Source of the DNA: Gammaproteobacteria bacterium RIFOXYD12_FULL_61_37
Lineage (GTDB): Bacteria > Pseudomonadota > Gammaproteobacteria > Chromatiales > Chromatiaceae
DNA length: 64,000 nucleotides
Reading direction: 5' to 3'
Assembly (NCBI GenBank): GCA_001801995.1
Contig: MGZB01000011.1
Span: forward strand, 3,817-67,816
Shown here piece after piece: positions 10,824 through 20,709 of this stretch; position 1 is the first letter of the stretch, and each line of letters opens with the position of its first letter. Made by a program: the position numbers and the translations under genes. The notes under the pieces were generated by a model. That model made no database searches and was not told the origin of the DNA. It was given only the letters and a program-made list of their open reading frames with translations.

Positions 10824-12305
10824 ATGAAGCAATCCCTACAGCTTCGCCTCGGCCAACAACTCACCATGACGCCCCAGTTGCAACAGGCAATCCGCTTGTT
10901 GCAACTTTCTGTCCTGGAATTGCGCGATGAGCTTCTGGAGGCCGTTGAATCCAATCCCATGCTGGATCTGGAGGAGGACTTCAACCCCTTGGGAGAGCAG
11001 GACGAGCGGGGCCGGGGCCAGGAGAACGAAGGCGGCGGCGAGTACGGCAAAACCCCATCCGACACGACGGAGGTCAAGCCCGACCGGGAACAGATGCCGG
11101 ACGAGCTTCCGGTGGACACCGATTGGGATACCATTTACGAGAGCGGATCGCCCGGCACTCGCGACGGTTCCTCGGACGACGGGGATTTCGACTTTTTATC
11201 CCAGCGCAGTTCTGTCTCCACCCTTCACGACCACCTCATGTGGCAACTCAACCTGGCCCATTTCAGCGATCTCGACAGAAGCATCGCAGAAGCCATCCTC
11301 GACTCGGTCAGCGAGGACGGCTACCTGCGGATGGACCTGGAGGAGATCCGGCAGGGGCTGTTGAACGAGGGGATGGAAATCGATCCCGATGAGATGGAGG
11401 CTGTGCTTCACCGGATTCAGTCCTTCGATCCCTCCGGGGTAGCCGCGCGGGACACCCGCGAATGCCTGGCCCTCCAACTGCGCCAGCTCCCCGAGGATAC
11501 GCCCTACCGGGCGGAAGGGATGTTGCTGATGCGGGAATATTTCGACCTGCTCGGTGCCCAGGACCGCCCCCAGATCATGCGCAAGCTCAAGATCGACGAT
11601 GCGGGGATGGACGGCGTCATGGGCCTGATTCGCTCCCTTTCCCCGCGGCCCGGCAGTTTGGTGAACGACAGTGCGGCGCAATACATCATCCCCGATGTCA
11701 TCATCAGCAGGCAGCATGGCCGCTGGCGGGTGGAACTCAACCCTGATTCCGTGCCCCGCCTGCGCATCCATCCGGACTACGCCAGTCTGGTGCGGCGGGC
11801 GGATCAGAGCGACGACAACGTCTTTTTGCGCAACCACCTGCAAGAGGCCCGCTGGCTGCTGAAAAGCCTGCACAGCCGCAACGAGACCCTGTTGCGGGTG
11901 GCCGAGAGCATCGTTGAATTCCAGCGGGGCTTTTTCGAATACGGGGCGGAGGCCATGCGCCCCCTGGTGCTGCGCGACGTGGCGGAAAAGCTGGAGATGC
12001 ACGAATCGACCATCTCCCGCGTCACCACGCAAAAATACATGCACACCCCGCGCGGGACCTTCGAGTTCAAGTATTTCTTCTCCAGCCATGTGAGCACGGT
12101 CGGTGGCGGGGAATGTTCGGCGACGGCCATCCGCGCCTTGATCAGGAAACTGGTCGCGGCGGAGAATCCAAAAAAGCCGCTCAGCGACAACGGGCTTGCC
12201 GAGATTCTGGAAGGGCAGGGGATTCAGGTGGCTCGCCGCACCATTGCAAAATACCGCGAGTCGCTGTCGATACCCTCGTCCAGCGAACGCAAACGGCTGG
12301 TGTAG
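10824..12305 (+). CDS. rpoN: RNA polymerase sigma-54 factor
   Basis: 493 aa. N-terminus MKQSLQLRLGQQLTMTPQLQQAIRLLQLS and RpoN box ARRTIAKYRE. Confidence 0.97.
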   Translation: MKQSLQLRLGQQLTMTPQLQQAIRLLQLSVLELRDELLEAVESNPMLDLEEDFNPLGEQDERGRGQENEGGGEYGKTPSDTTEVKPDREQMPDELPVDTDWDTIYESGSPGTRDGSSDDGDFDFLSQRSSVSTLHDHLMWQLNLAHFSDLDRSIAEAILDSVSEDGYLRMDLEEIRQGLLNEGMEIDPDEMEAVLHRIQSFDPSGVAARDTRECLALQLRQLPEDTPYRAEGMLLMREYFDLLGAQDRPQIMRKLKIDDAGMDGVMGLIRSLSPRPGSLVNDSAAQYIIPDVIISRQHGRWRVELNPDSVPRLRIHPDYASLVRRADQSDDNVFLRNHLQEARWLLKSLHSRNETLLRVAESIVEFQRGFFEYGAEAMRPLVLRDVAEKLEMHESTISRVTTQKYMHTPRGTFEFKYFFSSHVSTVGGGECSATAIRALIRKLVAAENPKKPLSDNGLAEILEGQGIQVARRTIAKYRESLSIPSSSERKRLV

Positions 12306-12452
12306 CCAGCCGGCGGATTTGGCGCTCCGGCGAACGCCGTTGTCCGGCGGGAACCGGGGTGCAGGGAAAAGAAGGCCGGACCTGGCTTTCACACCAACGC
12401 CTACCCATGGAGGGGGCTTTGGGCCTAATTGACATTAACCAAGGAGCTAATC

Positions 12453-12746
12453 ATGCATATCAACGTAACCGGCCACCACGTCGAAATCACTGATCCCCTG
12501 CGCGAATACGTGGGAAGCAAGTTCGAAAAACTCGAACGCCATTTCGACCATGTCATCGATGTCCACGTCATTCTCACCGTGGAGAAGCTACGACAGAAGG
12601 CCGAATCCACTATCCACGTCAATGGGGCGAACATTTACGCCGACTCGACCCACGATGACATGTACGCGGCCATTGACGGACTGGTGGATAAGCTTGACCG
12701 GCAGGTTATCAAGCACAAGGAAAAAATGCAGGACCATCGGCACTAA
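12453..12746 (+). CDS. hpf: Ribosome hibernation promoting factor
   Basis: MHINVTGHHVEITDPLREYV... The ATG at 12453 follows an AAGGAG ribosome-binding site. The ORF track's start at 12429 is probably an upstream extension. Confidence 0.9.
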   Translation: MHINVTGHHVEITDPLREYVGSKFEKLERHFDHVIDVHVILTVEKLRQKAESTIHVNGANIYADSTHDDMYAAIDGLVDKLDRQVIKHKEKMQDHRH

Positions 12747-12790
12747 CCCACCCCAGGGGCGAAAAAATCTTTCGCCCCTGTCCCCTCCCC

Positions 12791-13291
12791 ATGTCCAGGA
12801 TAAAACCGGAAATCCGCCTCCAGAACGTCCATGGCACAGTCATGGCTGTCCAAGGGCATGGCTTGCTGATTACCGGCGATCCCGGCGTGGGAAAAAGCGA
12901 ATTGGCGCTGGGTCTGCTGGACCGGGGCCATCAATTGGTAGCCGATGACGCCCCTCTGCTGGAGGTGCGCACGGGACGCCTGATCGGACAGCCCCCGCCG
13001 GGGTTTATCGGCCTCTTGCACATTCAGGGCATAGGTCTCCTGGACATCCGGCGGACCCACGGAGACCCTGGGGTTTGCCCGGAAATCGCCCTGGGCTTGA
13101 TCCTTCATCTCGACCGCAAGGCGGCCCCCCTGGCCGATGAGGAGTTATTGAGGGGCCGCTGGGACCGGCTGGCCTTTGCCGGTATTTCCCTGCCGAGGAT
13201 GACCCTGCCCAGTCCAGGGGAGCGCAACTTGCCCCTGCTGGTTGAAACCCTGGTGCGCCACTATTTCCTTTGCCCAAATCAATGGGAATGA
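12791..13291 (+). CDS. hprK: Short HPr kinase/phosphorylase (catalytic domain only)
   Basis: 166 aa. P-loop GDPGVGKSELAL followed by LVADD, resembling the HprK C-terminal domain. Confidence 0.8.
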   Translation: MSRIKPEIRLQNVHGTVMAVQGHGLLITGDPGVGKSELALGLLDRGHQLVADDAPLLEVRTGRLIGQPPPGFIGLLHIQGIGLLDIRRTHGDPGVCPEIALGLILHLDRKAAPLADEELLRGRWDRLAFAGISLPRMTLPSPGERNLPLLVETLVRHYFLCPNQWE

Positions 13292-13435
13292 ATCTACTTG
13301 TTCAACAGGGCCCCGTCCCTCCCCTATACTTCGCAAAATTCACGGCCAATCCCGTTTCATGTCCGAAATCCTTCTGAACACGAAAATACGTGCCACAGGC
13401 AGCGGCGCCCATTTACCCTGTGGTACCCAATTGCC

Positions 13436-14287
13436 ATGAAACTCGTCATTGTTACGGGTCTCTCCGGCGCGGGCAAAAGCACGGCCCTGGACACCCTGGA
13501 GGATCTGGGTTTTTACTGCATCGACAATCTGCCCGTGCCCTTGCTGACCGCATTGGGGAAAGAGTTGCTGAAACTCCGGGGCAAGAATCGCCACATCGCC
13601 GTCGGTGTGGATGTGCGGAGTGAGCCCCAGAACCTGCGGCTGACGCCGGGGCTGATCGGAGAACTCACCGCCATGGGGTATGAATGCAAGATCCTCTTCC
13701 TGGAGGCGGCCGATGACATCCTCATCAAGCGTTTTTCCGAGACCAGGCGCAAACACCCCCTGAGCAACACCACCGGGACCCTGGCCGAGGCCATCCGGCT
13801 CGAACGCAACCTGCTCAACCCCTTGAGCGACCGCGCCGATTTGCGCATCGACACCCGCAACACCCATGTCCACCAATTGCGGAAGTTGCTGCGGGATCGC
13901 TTTACCCTGAGTGCGAACAACCTTTCCCTCCAGTTCCAGTCCTTCGGCTTCAAGCACGGGGTGCCCACCGACGCCGATTTCGTGTTCGACGTCCGCTGCC
14001 TGCCCAATCCCCACTGGCAACCGGATCTTCGCCCCCTGACCGGACGCGACAAGCCGGTCATCGATTTCCTCGAAAGCTCCGGCAAGGTCGAGCGCATGAA
14101 ACATGAGATCACCCAATTCCTGGAAAACTGGATCGGTGCCTTCGAGGAGGAGGGACGAAGTTATCTGACCGTAGCCCTGGGCTGCACTGGCGGCCGTCAC
14201 CGCTCCGTCTACATGGCCGAGTTCCTGGGCAACCATTTCAACGACGGCGAGCGGAAGGTGACCGTGCGCCACAGGGAAGAGCCATGA
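13436..14287 (+). CDS. rapZ: RNase adapter protein RapZ (YhbJ)
   Basis: MKLVIVTGLSGAGKSTAL... and C-terminal GCTGGRHRSV. The start at 13436 is chosen over the 47-codon extension at 13298. Confidence 0.93.
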   Translation: MKLVIVTGLSGAGKSTALDTLEDLGFYCIDNLPVPLLTALGKELLKLRGKNRHIAVGVDVRSEPQNLRLTPGLIGELTAMGYECKILFLEAADDILIKRFSETRRKHPLSNTTGTLAEAIRLERNLLNPLSDRADLRIDTRNTHVHQLRKLLRDRFTLSANNLSLQFQSFGFKHGVPTDADFVFDVRCLPNPHWQPDLRPLTGRDKPVIDFLESSGKVERMKHEITQFLENWIGAFEEEGRSYLTVALGCTGGRHRSVYMAEFLGNHFNDGERKVTVRHREEP

Positions 14288-14712
14288 CTGTCGGATTGCT
14301 CATCATCAGCCATGACGAGGTCGGCAACTCCCTGCTGGCGAGCGCCACCGGCATCCTCGGCCTCTGCCCCCTGCACACCCAAAGCCTATCCGTCTCGCCC
14401 GGCGATGCACTGGAAGACATCAGGACACGCGCCACCGGCTTGCTCCGTGACTTACGGGGCGGGGACGGCGTACTCATTCTGACCGACCTGCTCGGCTCGA
14501 CACCGAGCAATGTGGCCAGCCTGTTTCAGCGGCCGGGGGAGGTCAACGTGGTGGCGGGGCTCAACCTGCCCATGTTGATCAAGGTGCTCAGCCACCCCTC
14601 CCAAAGCCTGCAACGCCTCACCGAGCTTGCCATGGAAGGGGGCCAGCAGGGCGTTCGCCCCGGCATGCCGCAATCCGTACATCCCTTGCCCAAAAGCGCC
14701 GCCGGCAAATGA
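14284..14712 (+). CDS. PTS EIIA component, mannose/fructose family
   Basis: 142 aa. VGLLIISHDEVGNSLL contains the active-site His context, and DLLGSTPSN is also present. The start overlaps the rapZ stop. Confidence 0.82.
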   Translation: MTVGLLIISHDEVGNSLLASATGILGLCPLHTQSLSVSPGDALEDIRTRATGLLRDLRGGDGVLILTDLLGSTPSNVASLFQRPGEVNVVAGLNLPMLIKVLSHPSQSLQRLTELAMEGGQQGVRPGMPQSVHPLPKSAAGK

Positions 14713-14728
14713 CAGAGGACCATCCAAA

Positions 14729-14998
14729 GTGACCAGCGCGGAAATCCAAATCATCAACAAATTGGGGCTCCATGCCCGCGCTGCCGCCAAGTTTGCCACC
14801 CTGGCCAGAAACTTTGCTTGCGACATCCAGATCGAAAAGGGCGGCCGGATGGTGAACGGCAAAAGCATCATGGGCATCATGATGCTGGCCGCCGGCCAGG
14901 GAACCCAGTTGACGCTCCATGTGGACGGCGCCGATGAGGAGCACGCCCTTTCACAGCTCCAGGGACTGGTCTCCAACCGCTTCGGGGAAAACGAATAG
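14729..14998 (+). CDS. ptsH: Phosphocarrier protein HPr/NPr
   Basis: A GTG start at 14729 follows AGAGGA. His15 context NKLGLHARAA and Ser46 context GKSIMG are both present. Confidence 0.88.
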   Translation: MTSAEIQIINKLGLHARAAAKFATLARNFACDIQIEKGGRMVNGKSIMGIMMLAAGQGTQLTLHVDGADEEHALSQLQGLVSNRFGENE

Positions 14999-15206
14999 AC
15001 TGGGGTTTGGTCCCTCATCCCCGGCAGCCGGGTCCCAGCCCGGCAAGCCGTCTGCATCTCTGATCAATTCTTACGCAACCCCCGCTATTCTGTAGAATGG
15101 CGCGCCTGTGGCTGACGGCTTTCTTCAAGCGCGTCGGGAAATTGTCCGTCGCCCCTGCGCCTCACCCCTGCGGGGCTGCTCCAAACCCCCTTTTCTTTCA
15201 GCGAAC

Positions 15207-16562
15207 ATGGCCAAAAACCGTCGAATCGAGAAACAGCGGCTTGACCACCTGCAAGAGGTGCTCGATAGCGGTGCCCTGCGGGAAGCTGGACGCATGCTCA
15301 ACGCGCTGCATCCCGCGGAGGCCGCCCATCTGCTGGAGTCCCTGCCACAGGCGGAGCGCGAGATCGTCTGGGGCCTGGTCAACGAGGAGCAGGACGGGGA
15401 GATTCTGCTCTACCTGAGCGACGAGGTCCGCGATGGTCTGATCCAAAAGATGGATCTTCAGGAGCTGCTGGCGGCGGCGGAAAATCTCGATCTGGATGAC
15501 CTGGCCGACCTCCTGCAGGAGCTGCCGCGCACCATCACCCGTCAGGTGCTCGACTCCCTCGACTACCAGTACCGCAGCCGTCTCGAATCGGTGCTCCACT
15601 ACCCCGAGGACACGGCCGGCGGTCTGATGAACCTGGACATCGTCACCGTCCGTCCGGAGGTCTCCCTCGACGTAGTGCTCCGCTACCTGCGCCGCCTCGG
15701 CGGCAATCTCCCGGCGGGGACCGATTCGCTGATCGTCATCAACCGCGAATCCCAATACCTGGGCACCCTCTCCATCACCGACCTCCTGACCCACGACCCC
15801 GGCATGATCGTGGCCGAGGTCATGAAGCTGAGGCTGGCGCCCATCCCGGCGGAGACCTCGGCCCGCGACGTGGCCAACCGCTTCGAGCAGCAGGACCTCA
15901 TCTCCGCCCCCGTCGTGGACGGCAAGGGGCGGGTGCTGGGGCGCATCACCATCGACGACGTGGTGGACGTGATCCGTGAGGAGGGAGAGCACCAGTTCAT
16001 GGGGCAGGCCGGCCTCTCGGGCGACGAGGACATGTTCGCCCCGGTGATCGCCAGCACCAAACGCCGGGCGCTCTGGCTGGGCATCAATCTGCTAACGGCG
16101 CTGCTCGCCTCCTGGGTGATCGGCCGCTTCGAGCACACCATCGAAAAGGTGGTCGCCCTGGCCGTGTTAATGCCCATCGTCGCCAGCATGGGCGGCGTCG
16201 CCGGCACCCAGACCCTCACCCTGGCGGTGCGCGGCCTGGCGCTGGGGCAGATCTCGGGCAAGAACGCCCGCGTCCTGTTGTACAAGGAGCTGGCGGTGGG
16301 GGTGCTCAACGGACTGATCTGGGCCAGCGTGGTCGCCCTGGTGGCCGGGTTCTGGTTTCAGAATATCAGCATCGCCCTGCTGATCGCCGCCGCCCTGGTC
16401 ATCAACCTGGCCTTCGCCGCCTTCACCGGGGCCGTGCTGCCCCTGCTGCTCGACCGCATCGGCATCGACCCCGCCCTCGCCGGCGGGGTGCTGTTGACCA
16501 CCGTGACCGACGTGGTCGGCTTCTTCGCCTTCCTGGGGCTGGCGACCCTGTTTCTGCTGTGA
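15207..16562 (+). CDS. mgtE: Magnesium transporter MgtE
   Basis: 451 aa from the ATG at 15207. It has an N-terminal domain, a CBS pair and five C-terminal transmembrane helices, with TTVTDVVGFFAFLG. Confidence 0.93.
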   Translation: MAKNRRIEKQRLDHLQEVLDSGALREAGRMLNALHPAEAAHLLESLPQAEREIVWGLVNEEQDGEILLYLSDEVRDGLIQKMDLQELLAAAENLDLDDLADLLQELPRTITRQVLDSLDYQYRSRLESVLHYPEDTAGGLMNLDIVTVRPEVSLDVVLRYLRRLGGNLPAGTDSLIVINRESQYLGTLSITDLLTHDPGMIVAEVMKLRLAPIPAETSARDVANRFEQQDLISAPVVDGKGRVLGRITIDDVVDVIREEGEHQFMGQAGLSGDEDMFAPVIASTKRRALWLGINLLTALLASWVIGRFEHTIEKVVALAVLMPIVASMGGVAGTQTLTLAVRGLALGQISGKNARVLLYKELAVGVLNGLIWASVVALVAGFWFQNISIALLIAAALVINLAFAAFTGAVLPLLLDRIGIDPALAGGVLLTTVTDVVGFFAFLGLATLFLL

Positions 16563-16584
16563 ACCCATCCCATTGGGCTACTTG

Positions 16585-17157
16585 CTATTCGCCCTCGCCG
16601 GCCTCGGGGGGCTGTCCCTCGTCAGGCTGTGCTTCCGGGTAGTCTTCCAACCGCAGAAATTCGTTGCCCTTGCATTTGGGGCAGGGGGGTATCCGTCCGG
16701 CCTTGTGGAAATGGAGTTCTTCACGGCAGTTGCGGCATAGCAATACGCCGGGGCCGGTAACCTCGCCGGTCCGGTGGGGTGTGTTGCGCGCCTGGTCGGC
16801 CCATTGCTTGAGTTGCAGGCTGGTCTGGTCGGCCACCTGGGCGAACATGTCGAGCAGCTTCGCCTCGATCAAGGTGATGTCGGTCCGCAACCAGATGACG
16901 AACTCGTCGCCGGTCTTGGAGAGATAGGCCGCCGCATCCTGGATATCCCGTTCCAGATAATCGGAGAGCCGCTCTGCCTCCTCGCGGGTCAGCTCGCCCA
17001 TTTCCACTACCTTCTCCCGCGCCCAGCCCAGCCTTTCCCGCAAAAGGGGCAGGGCGTCCTTTTCGATGCTCTCCTTGCCATCGTGGACCAGCTTGAGCAT
17101 TTTCTCATAGGCCGCCGATAACCGGTCGGCGCTGTTTTTTTCCGGCTCATCACTCAT
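16585..17157 (-). CDS. Zinc-ribbon protein (DUF1451-like)
   Basis: 190 aa from the internal ATG at 17157. C-terminal zinc ribbon CRNC...CPKC. The family name is recalled from memory, not searched. Confidence 0.6.
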   Translation of the reverse strand: MSDEPEKNSADRLSAAYEKMLKLVHDGKESIEKDALPLLRERLGWAREKVVEMGELTREEAERLSDYLERDIQDAAAYLSKTGDEFVIWLRTDITLIEAKLLDMFAQVADQTSLQLKQWADQARNTPHRTGEVTGPGVLLCRNCREELHFHKAGRIPPCPKCKGNEFLRLEDYPEAQPDEGQPPEAGEGE

Positions 17158-17373
17158 GACATCTCTCCCGTTGGATTGTGACTCTGAAAAACACTGTGTA
17201 GTGCGTGGCGCAAGGACATTTTGAACGCACTCCCCGTTTCGCAACGAGAACACTGAGGGAAGTTTGGTCCAGGAATGGCGAAAGGCCAATGATCCGCCTC
17301 ATCCTATCGCCCCGATTCGCCGGGTAAGGTATGCTTGCGGCCCCAAACCGCCCGATCAGCAAACCGAACCGCC

Positions 17374-19977
17374 ATGCAAGAGACCTACGTTCCCGCCCTC
17401 GTCGAAAGCGCCGCCCAGCAGTATTGGGGGGAGAATCAGAGCTTCAAGGCCGTCAAGGACTTGAGCCGGGAGAAGTTCTACTGCCTTTCCATGTTCCCCT
17501 ATCCTTCGGGCAAACTGCACATGGGCCATGTGCGCAACTACAGCATCGGCGATGTGATCGCCCGCTATCAGCGCATGCTGGGGAAGAATGTCCTGCAACC
17601 CATGGGCTGGGATGCCTTCGGCCTGCCGGCGGAGAACGCCGCCATCAAGCACGGCAAGCCGCCCGCCGAATGGACCCATGCCAACATCGATTATATGAAG
17701 GGCCAGCTCAATCGTCTGGGCTTCGGCTATGACTGGGACCGGGAGCTGGCCACCTGCGACCCCGAGTACTACCAATGGGAGCAGTGGCTGTTTACGCGAT
17801 TGGTGGAGAAGGGACTGGCCTATAAGAAAATGGCGACGGTCAACTGGGACCCGGTGGACCAGACGGTGCTGGCCAACGAGCAGGTGATCGACGGCAAGGG
17901 CTGGCGCTCGGGCGCCCCGGTCGAAAAGCGCGACATCGAGCAATGGTTCATCAAGATCACCGACTACGCCCAGGAGCTGCTGGACGGTCTGGATAAGCTC
18001 GCCGCCTGGCCGGACCAGGTGCGCACCATGCAGCGCAACTGGATCGGCCGTTCGGAAGGGGTGCAGATGCAATTTGACGTGCAGGGACGCACTAATGCCG
18101 CAGGTGCAGGAAGCGCAGGAGCGGCGGCCATCCAGGACAGCAGCGATATCCTGGAGATCTACACCACCCGCCCCGACACCCTCATGGGCGTGACCTATGT
18201 GGCCCTGGCCGCCGAGCATCCCCTGGCCATCCAGGCCGCCGGATCAAATCCGGCGCTGGCTGATTTCATTGCCGGCTGCAAGCAGGGTGGCGTCTCCGAG
18301 GCCGAGCTGGAGACCCTGGAGAAGCGGGGTTTCCCCCTCGGCATCCATGCCCTCCATCCGGTCAGCGGCGAGCCGGTCCCCGTCTACGCCGCCAACTTCG
18401 TCCTCATGGGCTACGGCACCGGCGCGGTCATGGCGGTCCCGGCCCACGACCAGCGCGATTGGGAGTTCGCGGAGAAATACGGCATCCCCAAGAAACAGGT
18501 CATCTTCTCCGCCGATGGCGGCGCTTGTGGCATCGAACAGGCCGCCTACGTGGAAAAGGGCGTACTGAGAAACTCCGGTCCCTTCGAAGGCCTGACCTCC
18601 GAACAGGCCTTCGGCGCCATCGCCGACTGGCTGGCCGAGCGGGGCAAGGGAGAGCGGCGGGTCAACTTCCGCCTGCGCGATTGGGGTGTCTCCCGCCAAC
18701 GTTATTGGGGCTGCCCCATCCCCATGATCAAGACCGCCGAGGGTGATTCCATCCCCGTTCCCGCCCATGAGCTGCCCGTCACCCTGCCCGAGGACGTGAT
18801 CGTGGACGGCTCCGGCTCGCCCCTGAAGCGCATGCCCGGCTTCTACGACCTGGGCGGCGGCCGGGAGCGGGAGACCGACACGTTCGACACCTTCTTCGAG
18901 TCGAGCTGGTACTACGCCCGCTACTGCTGCCCCCGCAACGACCAGGCCATGCTGGACGCGGAGGCCAACTACTGGCTGCCCGTGGACCAGTATGTCGGCG
19001 GCATCGAGCATGCCGTGCTTCATCTGCTCTACGCCCGCTTCTTCAATAAATTGATGCGGGACGAGGGCCTGGTCGCCTGCGACGAGCCTTTCACCCGTCT
19101 CCTGACCCAGGGGATGGTGGTGGCCGAGACCTACTACCGCCTGAACCCGGACGGCTCCAAGGAGTGGTTCAACCCGGCCGAGGTCGCGGTGGAGCGGGAC
19201 GAAAAGGGGCGGACCCTCAGTGCCCGCCTATTGAGCGACGGCGAGCCGGTGGTTGCCGGCGGCATCGAGAAGATGTCCAAATCGAAGAACAACGGCATCG
19301 ATCCCCAGGATCTGATCGATCGCTACGGTGCCGATACCGTGCGCCTCTACACCCTGTTCACCGCGCCACCGGATCAATCCCTGGAGTGGTCGGATGAGGG
19401 GGTCGAGGGGGCGCACCGGTTCCTCAAGCGGCTATGGGCACTGGCCCTGCGGACGCAAGGCGCGGTCCCCGCCGATACAACCCCTGCCGATTTTCCCGCC
19501 GCGCGGCGGGAATTGCACGCCACCCTCAAGAAGGCCCTGTTCGACTACGACCGCCAGCAGTTCAATACCGTGGTCTCCGCCTGCATGACCCTGGTCAATC
19601 TCCTCTATAAGCTGGGAGCGGGTGATGCGGATCAGGCCCTTCTGCGTGAGGGGCTCGGCATCGTCTTGCGCCTGCTCGCCCCCATAGCCCCCCATCTGAG
19701 CCATCACCTCTGGCGCGAGCTGGGTTACGGTGACGACATACTGAACGCCGGCTGGCCCCAGGTGGACGAGTCGGCACTGATCCAGGACAGCATCGAATAC
19801 GTGGTCCAGGTCAACGGCAAGATGCGCGCCAAGATCGAGGTCCCGGCCGGTGCAGATCGCCTGGCCATCGAGGCGGCGGCCAGGGCCAACGAAAACGTGC
19901 AACGATTCGCCGGGGATGCCACAATCCGCAAGATCGTGGTTGTGCCAAACAAACTGGTCAATATCGTGGCCAACTAG
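17374..19977 (+). CDS. leuS: Leucine--tRNA ligase
   Basis: HIGH motif in [11 protein letters not shown] and KMSKS motif in [10 protein letters not shown]. The start at 17374 (MQETYVP...) is preferred. Confidence 0.97.
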   Translation: MQETYVPALVESAAQQYWGENQSFKAVKDLSREKFYCLSMFPYPSGKLHMGHVRNYSIGDVIARYQRMLGKNVLQPMGWDAFGLPAENAAIKHGKPPAEWTHANIDYMKGQLNRLGFGYDWDRELATCDPEYYQWEQWLFTRLVEKGLAYKKMATVNWDPVDQTVLANEQVIDGKGWRSGAPVEKRDIEQWFIKITDYAQELLDGLDKLAAWPDQVRTMQRNWIGRSEGVQMQFDVQGRTNAAGAGSAGAAAIQDSSDILEIYTTRPDTLMGVTYVALAAEHPLAIQAAGSNPALADFIAGCKQGGVSEAELETLEKRGFPLGIHALHPVSGEPVPVYAANFVLMGYGTGAVMAVPAHDQRDWEFAEKYGIPKKQVIFSADGGACGIEQAAYVEKGVLRNSGPFEGLTSEQAFGAIADWLAERGKGERRVNFRLRDWGVSRQRYWGCPIPMIKTAEGDSIPVPAHELPVTLPEDVIVDGSGSPLKRMPGFYDLGGGRERETDTFDTFFESSWYYARYCCPRNDQAMLDAEANYWLPVDQYVGGIEHAVLHLLYARFFNKLMRDEGLVACDEPFTRLLTQGMVVAETYYRLNPDGSKEWFNPAEVAVERDEKGRTLSARLLSDGEPVVAGGIEKMSKSKNNGIDPQDLIDRYGADTVRLYTLFTAPPDQSLEWSDEGVEGAHRFLKRLWALALRTQGAVPADTTPADFPAARRELHATLKKALFDYDRQQFNTVVSACMTLVNLLYKLGAGDADQALLREGLGIVLRLLAPIAPHLSHHLWRELGYGDDILNAGWPQVDESALIQDSIEYVVQVNGKMRAKIEVPAGADRLAIEAAARANENVQRFAGDATIRKIVVVPNKLVNIVAN

Positions 19978-20013
19978 CGCTATAAGCGCGAATTTTCATG
20001 TTAGGAGTCCGGG

Positions 20014-20526
20014 ATGAAAGTCGCCGCCAGATTCGTCTTCACGCTTGCCCTCGCCCTGTTCCTCTCGGCCTGCGAGGGTTTTCACCTGCGCGGCACCGCC
20101 GGGGACGTATCGCTTGAAGGCATCAACCCTCTGTATATCACCGGTCTCTCCGAGACGGATGAGTTTTATCGGATCTTGCGCGATTACCTGACCCATTATG
20201 GGGTGTCCGTCACGGACCGGAAGGAGGGTGCCGCCAAGCAACTGAGCATCTTCGATCGCCAATCGGAGAAGAAGGTCCATTCGGTCGGTGGGCGAGGCAA
20301 GGTCCTTGAGTATGAGTTGATCGAGGGCTTCGCCTATCACCTGGGTTCATCGGTCCCCGGTCAGATTGAACAGGAAGGCGCCAATCGCCTCAGCGTCAAC
20401 CGTGTCTACACCAATCCGGAGACCGAGGTGCTTGGGCGCGCGAACGAAGAGACCCAGATCTGGCGCGACATGCGCCAACAGTTGGCGAGCCGGCTCATTC
20501 GGATGCTCTCCGCCAAGGCCCGCTAA
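20014..20526 (+). CDS. lptE: LPS-assembly lipoprotein LptE
   Basis: 170 aa with lipobox LSAC. It occupies the conserved leuS-lptE-holA position. Confidence 0.85.
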   Translation: MKVAARFVFTLALALFLSACEGFHLRGTAGDVSLEGINPLYITGLSETDEFYRILRDYLTHYGVSVTDRKEGAAKQLSIFDRQSEKKVHSVGGRGKVLEYELIEGFAYHLGSSVPGQIEQEGANRLSVNRVYTNPETEVLGRANEETQIWRDMRQQLASRLIRMLSAKAR

Positions 20527-20704
20527 GGGTCTGTCCGGGAATAACATGAACATATTGCGCTCAGATTTGGGTCAGGTTTGGATGCGGCGACTGAGCAAAA
20601 CCGCAGGCGTAGCAGGGCTACGTCGAGGATTTTGCGATGGAGCTGCATTCAAAAATGGCCCGAAGATGAGATGCAAGATGTTCATGTTATTTACGGACAG
20701 GCCC
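20527..20704 (+). mobile_element. Long-hairpin MITE, copy 1 (178 bp), flanked by a direct TAA
   Basis: Terminal inverted repeats gggtctgtccgggaataacatgaacat / atgttcatgttatttacggacaggccc. The core matches the reverse complement of copy 2 (4 mismatches in an 84-nt stretch compared by eye). The flanking TAAs are 20524-20526 (the lptE stop) and 20705-20707. Confidence 0.85.
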
Positions 20705-20709
20705 TAAGC

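Noticed and set aside
13298-13435. N-terminal extensions in the ORF track for rapZ. The same applies to mgtE (15108), leuS (17335), uup (to 49559), the GT2 gene (57628), dsrO (42664), dsrP (43547) and prc (26616).
   Set aside because: The family-typical N-termini begin at internal ATG or GTG codons with ribosome-binding sites. The extensions overlap upstream genes or repeats and have no homology-like sequence.
14999-15206. Possible Mg2+ riboswitch (M-box) or other leader upstream of mgtE.
   Set aside because: I could not recognise conserved M-box elements or a convincing terminator/antiterminator pair by eye. It would need a covariance-model scan (Rfam).
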